Assembly: GCF_006345805.1 (NCBI RefSeq)
Contig: NW_021827318.1
Coordinates: forward strand, 1 to 10,824
Direction of reading: 5' to 3'
DNA length: 10,824 bases
DNA from: Octopus sinensis
Taxonomy: Eukaryota
Every line of letters begins with the position of its first letter. Positions within the stretch are counted from its first letter, which is position 1. The notes beneath the pieces were generated by a model. That model was not told where the DNA came from and did not search any database. It saw only the letters and a program-made list of their open reading frames with translations. The position numbers and the translations under genes are program-made. Below are positions 8,730-10,824 of this stretch, in pieces.

Positions 8730-8872
8730 TCTTGCTGGAGTCATAGCTGTATGTCATATGGAGTGGTTGGGGTATTTGAAAACCTGGCGGAGACAACCAT
8801 CACCAAATTTCAACACACCCGATTTCGTCCAGAGAAAAACGAGAGAGAAATCGAAGGAGATGAATAACTGCT

Positions 8873-8955
8873 TGTACTTCGTTTATCGACTCTGAAAGAA
8901 TGAAATCAACTCTAGTCCTGGTCATTTTATCGTCCTAGAAAGGACGAAAGACAAA
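8873..8955 (-). mobile_element. Two tandem degenerate fragments of the same SINE central segment
   Basis: TGTACTTCGTTTATCGACTCTGAAAGAATGAAA and CTGGTCATTTTATCGTCCTAGAAAGGACGAAAGACAAA both align to GGTACTTAATTTATCGACCCCGAAAGGATGAAAGGCAAA (8595-8633). Confidence 0.7.
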
Positions 8956-9204
8956 CATGATATTGATTGCAGTGAAAGGATATGTTTTTGATCAACTCCG
9001 CTCACGCTAAAATTAGCATGCACTCTAGTCATGATTCAGTTTCCAAAATAATAAGGAATGAGGAATAAATAATGAATAAGGAACAGAAAGATGATTTGTT
9101 TCTAACAGTGGATTCAAAGTTTACTTGCAGTCTAACACTATTAGGGAAAAACTTTCTGAGGATCAGTTTCCACACCAAGATCATTAAATTCTAGTTTGAC
9201 TTAC

Positions 9205-9321
9205 TGGCAACTGCGAATAATAGTAAATTAAGGGCGTTTTACAAATTATATTTAAGAAATACAAATGGTGATGCAAAACAGTTTTTCCAGAGGCTCTTGA
9301 TGAATTCAGTATATTTATTGG
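9205..9321 (-). other. Candidate 117-nt exon (unverified)
   Basis: Minus-strand acceptor CTTTTTACCTCTCAATATCAG and donor CCA|GTAAGT. It is open in phase 0-0 (PINILNSSRASGKTVLHHHLYFLNIICKTPLIYYYSQLP). The peptide is not recognised. Confidence 0.2.
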
Positions 9322-9399
9322 CTGATATTGAGAGGTAAAAAGTCGTACTCTTGAAACGATTACACTAACAGGCACATACCTACTCGCTCTCTTTCTCTT

Positions 9400-9450
9400 A
9401 CACAGACACACACACACAGACACACACACACACACAGACACACACACACA

Positions 9451-9504
<54 letters not shown>

Positions 9505-9613
9505 ACGCACACAACACACTCACGCACGCACACAACACACTCACGCACGCACACAACACACTCACGCACGCACACACGCACAAAACACACACACACACAC
9601 TCCACACACACAC
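9400..9613. repeat. Compound (CA)n microsatellite containing a 21-bp minisatellite (9496-9575)
   Basis: Direct read. The unit CACTCACGCACGCACACAACA occurs ~3.8 times. Confidence 0.95.
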
Positions 9614-9702
9614 GGTTCAAATGTACAGGCATAGGTGAGGGAACAACAAGCAAGGGTATTGGACGCCTGAAAAAAATGTTTTGACGTGATGTTGAAAGGC
9701 AT

Positions 9703-9896
9703 GTGAGTGTGTGTGTGTGTGTGTGTGTATAAGCATATATATGTATACTTGTATATATGTATGTACCTATGTAGATCCATCTTTATATAAACATATATAT
9801 ATATCTATCTCTATATATCTATAAACATCCATCCATATATATATACATACATACGTATGTATGTATATATATATATGTACATTCATATATATATGT

Positions 9897-9931
<35 letters not shown>

Positions 9932-9945
9932 CACACATATATATA
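9703..9945. repeat. Compound (TG)n/(TA)n/(TATG)/(CA)n low-complexity block
   Basis: Direct read. Confidence 0.92.
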
Positions 9946-10112
9946 AGGGGAAGCTTTATGAAAATAAACAAAAGACGAAGGCAGGTGGAGTACAAACAAA
10001 CAATTGTATTAGTATGGCGCTCAGGAATATAAATAAAACAAGTCTTTTACGTTTCGAGCCTACGCTCTTCAACAGAAAGATAGACAGAAAAGAAACACGG
10101 AGAGGAAAAAAT

Positions 10113-10425
10113 GCGTGTAGGAGCTAGCGATTCAACATGGTGAGTGTAAGGTCATGAGTTTGATTCTCGGTGGCGCGTTGTGTCCTTGTGCAAGACACTC
10201 TATTTCATGTTGCTCCAGTCCACCCAGCTGGCAAAAACGAGCAGTACCTGTATTTCAATGGGTCCACCCTTGTCACGTCCTGTGTAATACTGAATGTCAC
10301 TGTGAACTGCTTCAAGAGCGTGAGTGTCGACGGAAACTTCAGTCACTTGGACATTAATTTCAGGTTCAGGATGCTCCGTTTATTGTATTAATTGCAACAG
10401 TCGTCGTCGTAAACGGTAGAGAGCC
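10113..10425 (+). mobile_element. Degenerate octopus-type tRNA-derived SINE of a third family
   Basis: B-box-like GAGTTTGATTCTC (10156-10168), CORE-like GTGTCCTTGTGCAAGACAC (10180-10198), body TTGCTCCAGTCCACCCAGCTGGCAAAAA, and end CGTCGTCGTAAAC. It resembles, from memory, an abundant octopus repeat. The boundaries are approximate. Confidence 0.7.
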
Positions 10426-10446
10426 AAACCATACACATACGGACAA

Positions 10447-10513
10447 TTTGATCGATTAAAACCCATCATGGTGGTGCTCCAATATGGTCGCAATATGACT
10501 AAAGCAGTAAAAA
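10447..10513 (+). mobile_element. Degenerate SINE/LINE-type 3' tail homologous to 5531-5590
   Basis: TTTGATCGATTAAA...GGTGGTGCTCCAATATGGTCGCAATATGACTAAAGCAGTAAAA aligns with GTTGCTCGATTAAAGGCGGTGCTCCAGCATGACCGCAGTCAAATGACTGAAACAAGTAAA. Confidence 0.75.
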
Positions 10514-10610
10514 TATATTATGTATAGCCATATACAGTACACACACACACAAAGACATATGTATATATGAAAAAATCATGCATATACATGCATATACACA
10601 TATATATGTG

Positions 10611-10694
10611 TATGTATGAATGTATGCATGTATGTATGTATGTATGTATGTATGTATGTATGTATGTATGTATGTATGTATGTATGTATGTATG

Positions 10695-10749
<55 letters not shown>

Positions 10750-10780
10750 TTATCTATCTCTCTATTTATCTATCTCTCTA
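10611..10780. repeat. (TATG)n (10611-10694) joined to (TATC)n (10695-10780)
   Basis: Direct read. Confidence 0.97.
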
Positions 10781-10824
10781 CTTTTAAAGGGCCGTAAGTC
10801 ACATAAGTGACTCAGGGGCCGAAA

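Noticed and set aside
637-10780. Apparent strand bias of (TCTA)n and (CA)n arrays
   Set aside because: There are too few arrays to be meaningful, and (TG)n tracts also occur on this strand.
1-10824. CRISPR array, prokaryotic operon or defence system
   Set aside because: There is no repeat-spacer periodicity and no gene-dense coding. The sequence is plainly repeat-rich animal DNA.

Overview
This is an AT-rich, non-coding eukaryotic window, probably intronic or intergenic. It is most likely from an octopus: I infer this from recognising octopus-type tRNA-derived SINEs and from the very dense (CA)n/(TA)n/(TCTA)n/(TATG)n compound microsatellites. No protein-coding gene is supportable, and most ORFs in the track are translations of microsatellites. 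The window holds two canonical non-autonomous Helitrons (4264-4656 +, 6769-7154 -) with different bodies but an identical 49-bp 3' end; a decayed Tc1-like transposase interrupted by the second Helitron; a mariner deletion derivative; several SINEs, one intact with a 16-17 bp target-site duplication (TSD); and a 147-bp imperfect palindrome bracketed by an 8-bp direct repeat. The palindrome, the Helitron 3'-end sharing and the SINE module permutation are the best leads. I see no evidence for a new multi-gene system. All family assignments are by eye and need database confirmation.
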